Positions 29,169 through 40,675 of a stretch of DNA of 64,000 nucleotides are shown here, piece after piece. The first letter of the stretch is position 1; each line of letters opens with the position of its first letter. The stretch covers positions 5,024-69,023 of the forward strand of contig CAVQHA010000011.1 of the NCBI GenBank assembly GCA_963712215.1, given 5' to 3'. The position numbers and the translations under genes are program-made. The DNA is from an uncultured Methanomicrobiales archaeon (GTDB lineage: Archaea; Halobacteriota; Methanomicrobia; Methanomicrobiales; JACTUA01). The notes beneath the pieces are model-generated. The model searched no databases. It was not told where the DNA came from and was given only the letters and a program-made list of their open reading frames with translations.

Positions 29169-30035
29169 GTGATTCATAGAAACCCCTGTCCGGAGACCAG
29201 CAGGGTTGGCCTGGTAACCCGTTTTCGGAAAGATGAGATAATTACCCCGGAGAACCACTCGTTGATGAGGAGTGGTGATCCCGTGTGTGAATCTGAGGAG
29301 GAAGATTTAATCCGGCGCGGGACAGAGCTCGCATCCGCCGGCAGGTTCAGGGCATCGGTGAAATGCCTGGAGAAGGTACTCTCCCTCCATCCCGGCCATC
29401 CCCGTGCCCTTGTCGCGAAGGCTTCCAGCCTTGCAAGGATGGGGTACTTCCAGGACGCCATCGGGTGCTGCGAGGAGGCGATCGGGGTGGACCCCCTGAA
29501 CGCCGATGCCTGGTTCACCAGGGGCAATATCCTGTATATGACCGGGAGGTGGGACGAGGCGGTGGAGTGCCTGCAACAGGCGACCCGGATCGACGGGACT
29601 CATACGGAGGCATGGTACATCAGGGGAAATTGCCATTACTTTCTCGGTGAGTATGACGAGGCTGTCGACAGCTTCGATGCTGCCATCGGGATCGATCCCG
29701 GCTATCCAAAAGCCTGGTACAACAAGGGGGTAACCCTCGCGGACGTCCATCGATATGCCGACGCACTCGCCTGTTACGAGGAGTGCCTGCGGATCAATCC
29801 CGGGGTGGCGGTGGTGCATACCAACAAGGGGGTCGCCCTCGCCGGCCTCGGCCGTTTTGAGGAGGCCATCCGATCATTCGACGAGTCGATCGCGATCAAT
29901 CCCCATGATCCGACCCCCTGGAACAACAAGGCCGCGAGCCTCAGGAGGCTCGGCAGGGACGGGGAGGCAGAGGCCTGCGCTGAGAAGGTGAGGGGGCTCA
30001 CCCACGGCAGGGAAATCCCCTGGATTCTCAGGTGA
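29169..30035 (+). CDS. TPR-repeat protein
   Basis: At least six 34-aa TPR units (…AWFTRGNILYMTGRWDEAVECLQQATRIDG…AWYNKGVTLADVHRYADALACYEECLRINP…). Start ambiguous (GTG 29169 or ATG 29265). Confidence 0.8.
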   Translation: MIHRNPCPETSRVGLVTRFRKDEIITPENHSLMRSGDPVCESEEEDLIRRGTELASAGRFRASVKCLEKVLSLHPGHPRALVAKASSLARMGYFQDAIGCCEEAIGVDPLNADAWFTRGNILYMTGRWDEAVECLQQATRIDGTHTEAWYIRGNCHYFLGEYDEAVDSFDAAIGIDPGYPKAWYNKGVTLADVHRYADALACYEECLRINPGVAVVHTNKGVALAGLGRFEEAIRSFDESIAINPHDPTPWNNKAASLRRLGRDGEAEACAEKVRGLTHGREIPWILR

Positions 30036-30063
30036 TGCCCCTGAGAACCGGGCCCCGGGCCCG

Positions 30064-31670
30064 TTAGAACCGCGAATCGAGCCCGTCCCGGAGAGACCCT
30101 GACTTCTTCCTGCCGAGGTCTGCAAGGTAATCCTCGAAGAGGTGGATCCGGGTCGAGACCGGGAACGGGATCCCAAGGGTCGAGATGATCGCCTCGCCCG
30201 GTTCGAGGGTCTGGATCTCCGTATCCATTGCCGAGAGATCCTGCTTGGCATGCCCCGCGATGATCGCCCGGTCGTTCCGGTCCGAGAGACCCATGACCAC
30301 GAAGGTATTCATCTGGGCGAGGACCCGGGGATCGACGTTCTTCGGCTGCTGGGTCACGACGCAGAGCCCGACGCCGAACTTCCTCCCCTCCATCGCGCAC
30401 TCGCGGAAGACGGCGGTCGCCGGCCCCCCCGTGCCGAGGACCCGCTGGGCCTCCTCGATGGTGATCAGGACTTCCCTTCGCCCGGGGGAGTCCGGCTTCC
30501 CCCACCCCGAGGCCTCCCCGCGGTGGCGGTCGAGGATCTTCCGGGCCATGACCGAGAGGACGAAGAGCTCGCTCCGCTCCCCCATGCCCGGGGATATCGA
30601 TGAGGACCACCCGGTTCTCCCCGAGATCCCTGAGGATATCGGGGATGGATGAGCCACGGGCCCGGAGGAACGGGTTGGACTTCACGAGGATCCCGACCCG
30701 GCGCTTCATCACCTGGAGGGTGCTTGATGCGAACTGGGCGAGCTTCCCTGCTGTCTGCGGGTACGGGCACCCGGCTATCCATGCCCCCTCTTCGTCGAAC
30801 TCGGTGTTCTGGAAGAGATCGACGAGTTCGCTCCCCCTCACATCCTCGATCATCTCGACGAGCTCGCGCTGGGCCGGCGAGTGATCGAAGAGGAGGAGGA
30901 GGTCGGGCGCCCTGAAATCGTCGTACTCGAGGAAGAGGCTGTTCAGGGAGTACTTCCGCCGGAACGGTTCGTCCCTGATGGTGTAGACCGAGAGCCCGTC
31001 CCTGCCGCCCTGGTAATGGACGAGGCCCTCGGTCGGCTGGCCGGTGGCCGAAGATCCCCCTGCGACGTATTCCCCGTGCGGGATCCACGAGGACGAGGCC
31101 GAACTTCCGGGTCTTCATGCACGAGGCGCAGAAGACCTTCATGAAGTTGCTCTTTCCCATCCCCGTGGTAGCAAAGACCCCCATGTGCTGGGGCATGACC
31201 CTGCTGTGGAGGGCGACCCTGACCTCCCTCATGACCTCCTGGCCGGATTTGAGGGAGCCGACCTCGATATCCCCCATCACCTGCTGGAGGAAGAGGAAGT
31301 CGTGAGTCTCGGGGTTGAGGACCCGGGAGAACTTGGTGGGGAGGGTCCTCGGCTTCCGGAAGACGCCCTTCCCGTCCACGTACCCGAGCGGGAGCGCCTC
31401 GACGATGAGATAGACGTCTTCGGAGAGCCCGTAGAAATGCTCGGAGTGGGCCCGCCTGTCCCATTTCTCGTCCTCGAAATTGGAGTCATGAGCGAGATCG
31501 GTGACCCGTGCAAAGAAGGTCATCCCCTTGGTCGTGTCCTCGATCTTCAGGATATTGCCCACATACAGGGCCTGGTCATAGGGGATAGCGAACCGGTACG
31601 AGAGGACCGAGGTACCGATGAGCCGGTACCTGGATGGATCGGAGAGATCAGTATCGTGCAAATTCATCAT
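30064..31670 (-). CDS. herA: HerA-type FtsK-like hexameric ATPase/helicase; about 3 frame changes
   Basis: HAS-barrel-like N-terminus. Walker A VFATTGMGKSNF, VVLIDIPG, C-terminal CVVTQQPKNVDPRVLAQMNTFVVMGL. Pieces lie in ORFs 30465..31733, 29774..30853 and 30064..30657. Confidence 0.85.
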
Positions 31671-32678
31671 GGATATCACCGAAGAGGAGATGGAATCGTT
31701 CAGGGTCGGGCCCCGACTGACCGATTCCTGCAAGGAGATCGTTCTTCACCTGCTGGAGGGTATCGGCCTGGATACGTGCAGCGCGATGCGCATCGAAGAG
31801 GGGGTAGGGGTATCCCGTCACCCTTCCATCGTCAGCCCATCCGGCGAGGATGGACCCGATCTCCTTGAGGGCAGGATCATCGGTTGGCTGAGGCACCTCG
31901 ATTTTAAAAGCAATGGGGGAACGGGGATGGAGCGCCGCGATGCAGGGTGAACCGTGCCGCCATTGCCTGTAGGGGTTTATGTCGAGCCCCTCCTCCCTGA
32001 CCCTGAGGACCCACGGGCGGGATATCGAAAGGGTCTTCGCGAGACCGAGGGCCGCAGGAACCAGGGGGAGCCCCCCTCCCCAGGTGACCGACGTGCGTTT
32101 TGTCACCGCGCAGAGGTGAATACCCTTCTTTGCGCACATGTCCGTATCAACTCTACCAGCACCGGCTCATGGCTCGCATGATGGACCCGGAGCGCCCCGT
32201 CCAGGACGAGGAGATCCCCTTTGCCGAGGCGTTCAGCCGCCTTGATGGCGACCCAGTATTCCAGGGTATCCCGCATGACCGCTGCCGTCCTGTCGGGTTC
32301 GTCGTCCTTCACGGTCGTCTCGGGGTCCCTCCCGAAACACTCGCGGTAAAGGGAAGCGAAACTCCCGTCCCGTTCTTCCCGTCCCATGGTGACGAGGCGG
32401 AGAGGGGTCACCGAACGGAACCTGCGGGAGCCGGCAGAGAACCCGCACACCGCCGCCCTGATGAGCGCGACCGAGATGCACCCTGCGTCGAGGAGCATGG
32501 CATTGGAGCCATCCACCGCAGCAACCGTGCCCGCCTGAGACGGATTCAACCCCAGGTAAGATCCCGCATCAAGATGAAAGGACGAAGCGAAACGGGCGGC
32601 AAGATCCGGGGGATCGAGTCCGCCGATGCGTCCGACGAGAACCGAGAGGTCCTCCCGGTACTCCTCCTCGAGGGTCAT
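31648..32678 (-). CDS. nurA: NurA 5'-3' nuclease; frame change near 32120
   Basis: AAVDGSNAMLLDAG (catalytic D-G-S), LLVLDGAL, C-terminal ...GYPYPLFDAHRAARI. Its stop overlaps the herA start. Confidence 0.8.
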
Positions 32679-35487
32679 GCTTCGGACGCCTCCAGGTCAC
32701 GGATGCAGCTCTCGTTCCCCGATACGGCCTCGACGGCGAGGGTATTCCCGAACTCGCCCTGGACCTCCGTCACATGGGAGATGAGGAAGATCTGGGGGAA
32801 GTAGGGTTCGAGGGTCCTGAGTGCCCGGAAGATGTTCCCCCGCCGCTCCTCGTCCTGGCTCCCGAAGATCTCGTCAAAGATGAGGAAGGTGCTGTCATGG
32901 AGCTCGTGCGTCTCGGCTATGTATCGCGAGAGGGCGATGCGGAGCGCGATCGCCACGTCATCCTGTTCCCCTCCTGAGAACCGGGACACCGGAAAGTCAC
33001 CGCCCAGGTCATGGACCAGGAGCTCGAAGTTGTCGTCGAGGATGACCGTGTCGTACCGCCCGTCGGTGATCTCGGAGAGGATGCGTCCTGTCTCATCCTG
33101 GATCTGGTCCCGTACCACGCCAAGAAGGTGGTCCGTGAACCCGTTCAGCTGGTCCCGGGTGAGTTCCAGCATCCGGATCTCTTCGGTCAACCGGTCATGC
33201 TCCTCCCGGTCTTTCTCTATTTTCTCAAGCATCGACGTCAGGCGGTCACGTTCCTCCTCGCGATGTGCCACCCCGGATCGGACCCTTTCCCTGTCCTGTC
33301 CCAGCCTGAGGAGGTCCTGGCGGCCAGCCCGGAGCTCCCGGTCGACCTTGCCGAGATCGTCGGCCGAAAAGGCGATCTTCCGCAGATCTGCGTTCAGATC
33401 CTCGAGGATCTGCATGACCGTCGCGACCTGGGCCTTCAGGGCTGCCCCCTGCTTCTCCAGCAGGGGGACCTGGTCCATTATAGACTTCAGCTCGAGATAC
33501 CGCGCATGGCTTCGTTCGGCGGCCTGGAACTCCTGGTTCAGGTGTTCATGGGTCGCGGGGTCAAAGCCCAGTTTGTCCTTTTTTTGGGCGATGGCCGCGA
33601 TCTCATCCTTCAGTTTCTCCCGCCGTATCCCAAGGTCCTGCGTCGTCCGGGCGAGATCGGGCCGGCTCTTCAGCCGTTCGGTGGCCGCAAGGTCCTCCCT
33701 CCAGCGATGCTCCAGGGAGGCCAGTTCCCTCTCGAGGTCCTTGCGGCAGGCCGCATCGTACCCGAGGGCGGATCTCTCCTTCTCCAGCTCCTCTTTCTCG
33801 GAGATGTCGCAGAGGGAGCGTTCCTGGACCTCCTCCCACCTCGCTGAGAGGTCTGCGAGAGGTCTCGTTTCATCGAGGAGATCTCTCGCTTCTCCGATGA
33901 TCCCGTCCAGCGAGGAGATCTCGCCCTCTGTCTTCCGGACCTTGTCATCCAGCGAAAGAAGGGTCTCCCTCTCCCGTTCAATACCCCGCCGGATATCGGC
34001 GAGGAGATCCTGGTAGTGGAGGCCGAGGGGCTGACGACAGGTGGGGCACTCCCCCCCGGGCCCCGAGGCCTCGAGGGTCACAAGGTCCTTCTCAGAGATC
34101 CCCGATCTTCAGTGTTCCCTGGTCCCGGAGGGCGGTGGCGTCGGCGATGGTGCGGACCAGATCGCGACGGCGCAGATCGAGATGCCCGAGAGGATCATCC
34201 AGCATGTCAGGGGGCACCCCCGCGGCAGCAGCAAGGGCTTTCAGGACCTCTTTCTCCTTCCGGATCCGCTCGATGCGGGAACGGAGCTCTCTCCCCTGAC
34301 GCCTTGATTCCAGGAGGGTACCCTCCTTCTTGTCGATACCTGCGGAGAGCAAGAGATACCTTTCCTCCAGCCCCCCCAGCTCCTTCAGCCTCGACTGGAT
34401 GGCAATCCGGCGGGCAATCACCGGCGCGAGAGTCGAGATCACCCCTTCATCCCTGGCGAGCCGCTCCTCACCTTCCCGGGAGCGTGTGAGATCCCTCTCC
34501 ACCTCGCCCAGCCGGTCCATTTTGTCTTTCTCCCGTGAGGTGAGATCCTGGAAGGTACGGGCCTTTTCCCGGCTCGCATCATAGCGGTCTCTGCAGGCAT
34601 CGAAACCGGACTCTTTCGCTGCAAGATTCCTGAATTCCTCTTCCCATAGAGCGAGGTCAGCCATCTGTTTCTCTATCCTGCCTAGTTCACGGGCGGCCCG
34701 TGCCACCTCCTCATCCCTTGCCCTGATGAGTGCCTTCGCGCTGTGATCCCTCGTTTCACGTTCACGGAGGTCCCCCTGGTTTCCCTCGAGAGTTGCGATT
34801 GTCTGTCGGAGGGCTCGATCTTCGTCTGCAAGTCTTTGGATCTCCTTTTCGGCAACCTCCTGAGCCTCTCTTATTCGGGCCCGCCGATCCAGGAGCTCAC
34901 CCTCGTCGACACCCTCCAGCCTCCCCTGGATCTGGAGGACCCTGATCCTTCGACTTTCTTATCTCCTCACGGAGTATCTCCCCGCCCTCCTCCTTCAGGC
35001 TGTCGATCCCGAGTACGCGCCGAAACCAGCTCTTCCGCACCTCGGGCGTTGCATCCACGAGGGCCAGGAGTTCCTTCTGGCCTGAGAAGATGGTGTGCCT
35101 GAAATCGGCGTGACCCATCCGGATCACCTTGTGGAGTGCGTCGTGGACCTCGGAGACCCCGCGGGCAAAGAGCTTCCCCCCGCGGTTGAGCTGGACGTCA
35201 TGTTTCTTCTTCCGGTCAAGGGACCGGACGATCTGGAACTCCTCGCCCCGTACAGAGAAGTCCAGCCTCACCTCAGCCCGGTCCCGCGGCCCGGCGGTGG
35301 CGCTGAGGATGTACTCGAGCCCGGTCTCCTTGACGCCGTAGAGGGAGAAGAGGATGGCATCCACGATGGTGGTCTTTCCGGTACCGTTGTTTCCCAGGAT
35401 GCCGGTGATCCCATCCTTGAAGATCACATCCTGGTTCCGGAAACGTTTGAAGTTCCTCATCTGGAGCCTAAGGAGTTGCATCTTCAT
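32675..35487 (-). CDS. rad50: Rad50 SMC-like ATPase; two frame changes (near 34945 and 34090)
   Basis: Walker A GNNGTGKTT, long coiled coils, zinc hook CPTCRQPL, signature FSGGEQ, Walker B LIFDEIFGSQD. Overlaps the mre11 stop and the nurA start. Confidence 0.9.
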
Positions 35488-36616
35488 CTCCCCCCTCGCC
35501 GGCCATTACCCCCCGGATCACCGCTGAACCTCGCTCGAGAATGAAATGGTGCTCCTTTTCACCGAGGTTCTGGTCTTTCAGGTATCCAGCGAAGAGATCC
35601 ACGTAGTCGACACCAGTAAGACCCTGGCGATCGGAGAGCGGGGTTCCGGACTCCGCAGACCTTACGATGACCTTCAGGTCGAGGAGGCGCGATCTGGTGT
35701 CCTCCAGAATGCCGGGATCCATGGACTGGAGCATTCTCCGGCTCGTCCCTGCCAGGGTGATGACCGCCATGGCCGGCTGGCCGGATGAATCTGCATGAGC
35801 TGCCCTTCCGGCTATCTCCTCCCCGACTTCGCGGGACGAGAGGGCTCCGCATTCCAGCTCCCCGAGGTCGATCATGGGGGTGCAGGGGAGATCGAGATGG
35901 TCGACCGTCTGCCGGTCCAGGTCAACGAGAAGCCCCCCCTTCGTGTCGCCGATCTCGGCATAGCTGATGTATTCCTGAGAACCGCAGTACCAGGCATTGT
36001 CTGCCACCTGCTTCTGACCATGGAAGTGCCCGAGGGCGATATAGTCAAAGTCCGGGGAGAGCATGGTGGCGTCGATCTCGTGCTCCATCACCGTGCCGAG
36101 CCGGCGGTCCCTGAGGGTGCTCGCGAGCCCGTGGGTGACGAGGACATTCCCTCCCTCCCGGGGCTCGATACGGTTGAATTCCTCGCGGTACTGGGACGCC
36201 TGCAGGAGGTTCGGGATGAGGTGGAACCTGGTATCACCCAGGTCTACCGGTTCATACCGGTACTGGTATCCGGCGTGGATGGGGGCGCTATGGTATTTCA
36301 GGACCTCGAAAGGCGACGTGGTGTACCGCGACTTTGCCATGTCATGGTTGCCTGCGATGATGACGAGCGGGATACCGGCATCCCCGAGCCGGGAGAGGGC
36401 CTCGAGCGCCGTGGTATAGGCGAGGGTCTTGGGCCTCACCGAGTGGAAGAGGTCGCCCGCATGGACCACGGCATCGGGACGGGCCCTGAGAATGACATCG
36501 ATGCCGGCAAGGAAGTTGGTGTAGACGAGGCGCTCCCGCAGGTTCACGCCGTCCTCGGCGAGGCGGCTGAACTGCGAGAGGCCCAGGTGGCTGTCACCGA
36601 TGTGGACGAATCTCAT
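35468..36616 (-). CDS. mre11: Mre11 nuclease (calcineurin-like phosphoesterase)
   Basis: Intact 382 aa: VHIGDSHLG, HAGDLFH, IAGNHD, GHFH. Confidence 0.9.
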   Translation of the reverse strand: MRFVHIGDSHLGLSQFSRLAEDGVNLRERLVYTNFLAGIDVILRARPDAVVHAGDLFHSVRPKTLAYTTALEALSRLGDAGIPLVIIAGNHDMAKSRYTTSPFEVLKYHSAPIHAGYQYRYEPVDLGDTRFHLIPNLLQASQYREEFNRIEPREGGNVLVTHGLASTLRDRRLGTVMEHEIDATMLSPDFDYIALGHFHGQKQVADNAWYCGSQEYISYAEIGDTKGGLLVDLDRQTVDHLDLPCTPMIDLGELECGALSSREVGEEIAGRAAHADSSGQPAMAVITLAGTSRRMLQSMDPGILEDTRSRLLDLKVIVRSAESGTPLSDRQGLTGVDYVDLFAGYLKDQNLGEKEHHFILERGSAVIRGVMAGEGGDEDATP

Positions 36617-36729
36617 CTCTCCCCTGCCCCGGAATCATCCCTGCACCCATATAGAGCTCATGCGGGTGGTGCGAAGATGAGGAGGGCCCCCAATCAATCA
36701 GTATTCTATACTCCGTCCCTGATATTTTT

Positions 36730-36924
36730 ATGGTGAAGCCAATGTCACGAAGAGCAGTCGATGCGGTCTTCCAGGGCCTCTTCACCCTCACCGATATCAG
36801 GGTCATGCTCAGGAGGACGGCGCCCCTTCACGAGCTCTCCGAAGAGGACCGGAGAGGCGTACTTCAGTCCCTCGCGGATCTCAGGCAGCAGGTGGGGATC
36901 CTCGAGGAGGAGCTCCTCCGATGA
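36730..36924 (+). CDS. Small helical ORF translationally coupled (ATGA) to SepCysS; could be a separate adaptor or a frameshift-detached N-extension
   Basis: MSRRAVDAVFQGLFTLTDIRVMLRRTAPLHELSEEDRRGVLQSLADLRQQVGILEEELLR has a coiled-coil-like C-half. Its stop TGA 36922-24 overlaps ATG 36921. Confidence 0.4.
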   Translation: MVKPMSRRAVDAVFQGLFTLTDIRVMLRRTAPLHELSEEDRRGVLQSLADLRQQVGILEEELLR

Positions 36925-38099
36925 AATGCACGGGGGATATCGAGGTCAGGGACCTGGAGGAGATTGCGATCAACATCGATCCCATCCAGGCCGGGGGAGG
37001 CTCACGGCGGATGCCATGAAGGCGATCATCGCCTACGGCGACGGGTACTCGGTCTGCGACAACTGCCGGAAGCCGTTCAGGCTGGACCATATCAGGAAAC
37101 CTCCCCTCGAAGCCTTCCACCGGGACCTCGCCGGGTTCGTCGGCATGGACGAGGCGCGGGTCATGCCCGGGGCCCGGCGGGGCTTCCAGGCCGTGGCCGA
37201 TACCTACGTCGAGAAGGGGGCGCCCGTCCTCCTCACCGCCCTCTCTCACTATACCGAGTTCCTTGCCATCGAGGCCGCGGGAGGCGTCCCCCGTGAGATC
37301 CCGAAGGACGAGAAGAACATCATTACCGCCGATGCCGCTTCCAGCCGGATCGAGGAGGTAACCAGAGAGTTTGGCCGCCCCCCCTGTCTCCTCTTCATCG
37401 ATCACTTCGATTACCAGTTCGGGAACGAGCACGAGGTGCGCGAGATCGCAAGAGTTGCCCGGGCATACGACGTGAAGGTGATGTATAACGGCGCCTACAC
37501 CGTTGGCATCCTCCCCGTGGACGGAAAGGAACTGGGGGTCGACTTCGTCGTTGGCTCCGGGCACAAGAGCATGGCCTCACCTGCGCCGTCCGGCCTCCTT
37601 GCCACCACGAAAGAGCATGCGCAGGAGCCTCTTCCGGACGACCCAGGCGAAAGGGGATATCACGGGCAGGTCGTTCGGCGTGAAGGAGGTGGAGCTCCTC
37701 GGGTGCACTCTCATGGGTGCGACCATCATGGGGATGATGGCCTCCTTCCCCCATGTCAGGGAACGGGTGAACCGGTGGCAGGAGGAACTCACGAACGGGA
37801 AGATAGTCATCGATGCTCTTCGTTCCATCGAGGGGACCACCATCCTCTCCGAGTACCCACGGAAGCACACCCTGACGCGGGTGGATACCCGCAAATCCTT
37901 CGACCGTGTTGCAGAAACCCACAAGAAAAGGGGGTATTTCTTCACGAGCGCCCTCACCGAGAAGGGGATCGGGGGGGTCATCCCGGGGGCGACGCGGGTA
38001 TGGAAGTTCAATACCTACGGTCTCACGAGGCAGCAGGCGGTGTACCTGGCCTCGGCATTCAAGGACATTGCCCGGGAGAACGGTATACCGGTTACCTGA
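36921..38099 (+). CDS. pscS: O-phosphoseryl-tRNA(Cys):Cys-tRNA synthase (SepCysS); two frame changes (near 36995 and 37620)
   Basis: INIDPIQAGGRLT, YSVCDNC, FVVGSGHKSMASPAPSG (PLP-Lys), C-terminal ...FGVKEVELLGCT...RVWKFNTYGLT. Confidence 0.85.
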
Positions 38100-38133
38100 T
38101 CCTTCCAGGGGATCGGGAGGGGGAGATAATCTC

Positions 38134-38472
38134 TTATCTCCGGACTTTTTTGGCTCTACCGAAGCATTCGAACGCCTCATCCTGCCGATTCAGCTTGATG
38201 AGTGTATTCCCCTTCGCGATCCATGCCTGGCAGGACTTCGGGTCGATCTTTAATGCCATGGAATAGCATTCGAGCGCCTCGGGATAGCGCTCGAGTGACT
38301 TCAGCTCGGTACACTTGGCGAGCCAGGCGTCCGCGGCCCGGGGGTTCTCCTCGATGGCCTGGTCAAAGAAACGGATGGCTTTCTCGTGCTCCCCCTCCTC
38401 AGCACACCGTTGCCCCTCCTCCATTGGGGTGCAGGTCTTCGAATCGTCCTCCCCGTTCCCCTGCGACGCCAT
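38134..38472 (-). CDS. Small TPR-repeat protein
   Basis: MASQGNGED... then about 3 TPR units (AIRFFDQAIEENPRAADAWLAKC..., ALECYSMALKIDPKSCQAWIAKG...). Confidence 0.65.
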   Translation of the reverse strand: MASQGNGEDDSKTCTPMEEGQRCAEEGEHEKAIRFFDQAIEENPRAADAWLAKCTELKSLERYPEALECYSMALKIDPKSCQAWIAKGNTLIKLNRQDEAFECFGRAKKVRR

Positions 38473-38577
38473 GATCACCTGTTTGACCGGATGGCTAATG
38501 GAATTTTTGGGTTGAATATATCCGGTAATCAACTTACAAAGTCCAAAAACAGGCACCACGCGAAGAAACCGGAGAGA

Positions 38578-38651
38578 TGGGCTTGGTCGGATTCGAACCG
38601 ACGATCCCCGCCTTGTAAAGGCGATATCATAACCAACTAGACCACAAGCCC
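38578..38651 (-). tRNA. tRNA-Val (anticodon UAC)
   Basis: The minus strand reads GGGCTTG..GGTCTAGTTGGTTATGAT..TCGCC-TTTACAA-GGCGG..GTCGG-TTCGAAT-CCGAC-CAAGCCC. A 7-bp acceptor, a canonical T-arm, TAC in a 7-nt loop, no encoded CCA. A TTAATAGG box lies about 29 nt upstream. Confidence 0.85.
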
Positions 38652-38798
38652 GCCTGAGAGGGTGGAGCGGCAATCCTATTAACGTTGTTGAAGCACCCCG
38701 TTCTCCCCGGTTTTCGGGGATACATCCTTCGGGAAGGAAGTGCGTGGTACACATCTATAAATACCGGGATGAGCATCTCTCCATACGGGGGGAGGAGG

Positions 38799-39179
38799 AT
38801 GAAGGTCCGGCGTATACGGTTACGTCCCGACGGGAAGACGGACAGGCACTGCCCTTACGCCGCTTCCCGCAGGGCCAGGTGGTGTGCCGGCCCGCGGTGC
38901 CCGGAATGGGAGGACACCGGCAAGGAGTTCCGGCTGGCTCCCGTTCTCCATGTGGCTGGTTATGTCATCCTCCCGATATCGGCGATCACCATAGCCTGGA
39001 GCATCCTTAATTTTATGCTGCATCACCTTGCCCTGAGCATCGGGATCCTTCTCCTCGGTATCGGGCTCGCCTTTTTCCTGCCCATCGACGAATCCAGCCC
39101 CGACCGGTTCGGCAGGTGCCGGAAGGTCAGTCGCGAAGGGGAAGAAGCCGAAGAACGCGGCGGGTACCTGAAGGGATAA
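38799..39179 (+). CDS. Hypothetical membrane protein
   Basis: A TATAAATA box at about 38755 and GGAGGAGG just before ATG 38799. A Cys-rich N-terminus (CPYAA...WCAGPRCPEW), then two TM helices. Confidence 0.45.
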   Translation: MKVRRIRLRPDGKTDRHCPYAASRRARWCAGPRCPEWEDTGKEFRLAPVLHVAGYVILPISAITIAWSILNFMLHHLALSIGILLLGIGLAFFLPIDESSPDRFGRCRKVSREGEEAEERGGYLKG

Positions 39180-39319
39180 TTACCCGGGGCAGGAACGCTC
39201 CGTTCGCTTCAGTAAAAAAGGGATGAGAGGAAACCAGAAGGAGTGACTCACTTCGGAGTCACCCTTCAGGTTCTAGGAGAACCCGAAGGAGCGATGACTT
39301 CGCCATCCCTCTCCGGGTT

Positions 39320-40268
39320 TCACTGAAACCCGAAGGACTTCAGCGTCACGTCCGGGTTCACGGACCCGATGTGGTAGACGACACCCTCGGTGAGTTCGTT
39401 GATCACGACCTCGGCGGGAGAGAAGAGCGAGGTATCGATCTTGTAGAAATCGAACTTCGCGTCCTTGAATATCTCGTAGAAGGGCTTCCCGTATCCCTTG
39501 GACTTGTTGCTCGGGATCTTCTCGAGGAAGTCCTTGATCGCCGGGTTCCTGATGGTGAGGTAGATGGACCCGTGGTAGATGGTCGCGTCGTTCGTCGCGC
39601 CCATGGCCTTCAGGGCATCCTTCTTCACAGGCGCGATGGGTGCGGTCCCGATACCCGAGACGATGGTGCGGGTATCGAAGCCGAGCTCGTTCAGTTTGTA
39701 CACCGCGGTCTCGACGCACCTGCCTGCCACCTGGATCGACCCGACGAGCGAGGCTGTCGGGGCGACGACCGCGCAGGTGTTTGCCGTCTCCACGCCGCAT
39801 TCGTTCGCTATCTTCTCGAGGACCTCCCCGTTCGGCAGGTGGTCGCTCTCCAGGCAGATGACCGCATCCTCGCAGTCGTCCTCGTAATCGATAACCTCGT
39901 AGGTGTGCTTGGGCTTCAGGGAGAGTGCCCTCGCCGGGCCGCTCCCCATGGCCGAGTAGTTCCCGACCTTGATCGTCCACCCCGCCTTCTGGGCCCCCAG
40001 GCAGGCGATGGAGGGGAAGTCGGTCGCTACCTCGATGAACGGAAGGGGCACCCCCTTCGATCTGCCCCATCCGGAAACCGACCTCGCCGAGGCCTCCCAT
40101 GCAGATCTCGGTGAAGATCCTTCCCGCCTGGTACCCGCCCCGGGTCGAGACACCGCAGTCTACGATCCGGGCACCGTTGTCGAGCTGGTGGAACGCCGCA
40201 TTGAAATCCTCCGGATATTCCGCCAGCTCATTGAAGAGATCAAAGGCAAGTTCATTGATACTGAGCAC
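39320..40268 (-). CDS. mch: Methenyl-H4MPT cyclohydrolase (Mch); frame change near 40060
   Basis: GTG start: (M)LSINELAFDLFNE...IVDCGV..GGY.AG..F.EICMGGL, then ...ACLGAQKAGW.I.VG.Y.AMGSGPARAL..KPK, VVAPTASLVGSIQVAGR, GKPFYEIFKDA.FDFYKID. Confidence 0.9.
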
Positions 40269-40420
40269 TACAATTTCCCCCGGTAGAGATGATGAAAAGA
40301 ATGAGAATGAGGATATGATAAGTGTTGTTCTTCTAACTTCGGGAGCTGGATAACCGGTGGAGAAACAGATCGACTGGAGAGGATCAGATAGAAATATGCC
40401 CCCCAACAGAATGCCTCCAC

Positions 40421-40594
40421 ATGGTCGGGAAACGATGCAGCCTCCTGATTGTCGTGGGTTTGATCTGCATCATATCCGGGGGATCAGTCCCGTTCATGGG
40501 TAGTTCGCTCATTGCCCTTGGCATCGTGCTTTTCGTCGTTGGTCTCTTCGACTACTACTACTGTCGATCAAAAGAGAGAACTCCCTCTTCCTGA
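40421..40594 (+). CDS. 57-aa two-TM ORF (below the ORF-track length cutoff)
   Basis: MVGKRCSLLIVVGLICIISGGSVPFMGSSLIALGIVLFVVGLFDYYYCRSKERTPSS, found by manual translation. No family assignment. Confidence 0.25.
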   Translation: MVGKRCSLLIVVGLICIISGGSVPFMGSSLIALGIVLFVVGLFDYYYCRSKERTPSS

Positions 40595-40675
40595 TCTTTC
40601 TTCAGAGGACTGGCGGGATGGGCTTCGCCGGCGCTTTTCCCCCATCCCCTCCTGACCTTTGCCTGCCCCGTGCTG

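Noticed and set aside
30064-32678. HerA-NurA pair as a candidate novel defence module
   Set aside because: They are embedded in a canonical mre11-rad50-nurA-herA operon with overlapping junctions. This is the standard archaeal DNA end-resection machinery and not an accessory system.
32832-34016. 394-aa Ser/Arg-rich plus-strand ORF
   Set aside because: Antisense to the Rad50 coiled-coil region (Glu/Leu/Arg-rich). A compositional artefact.
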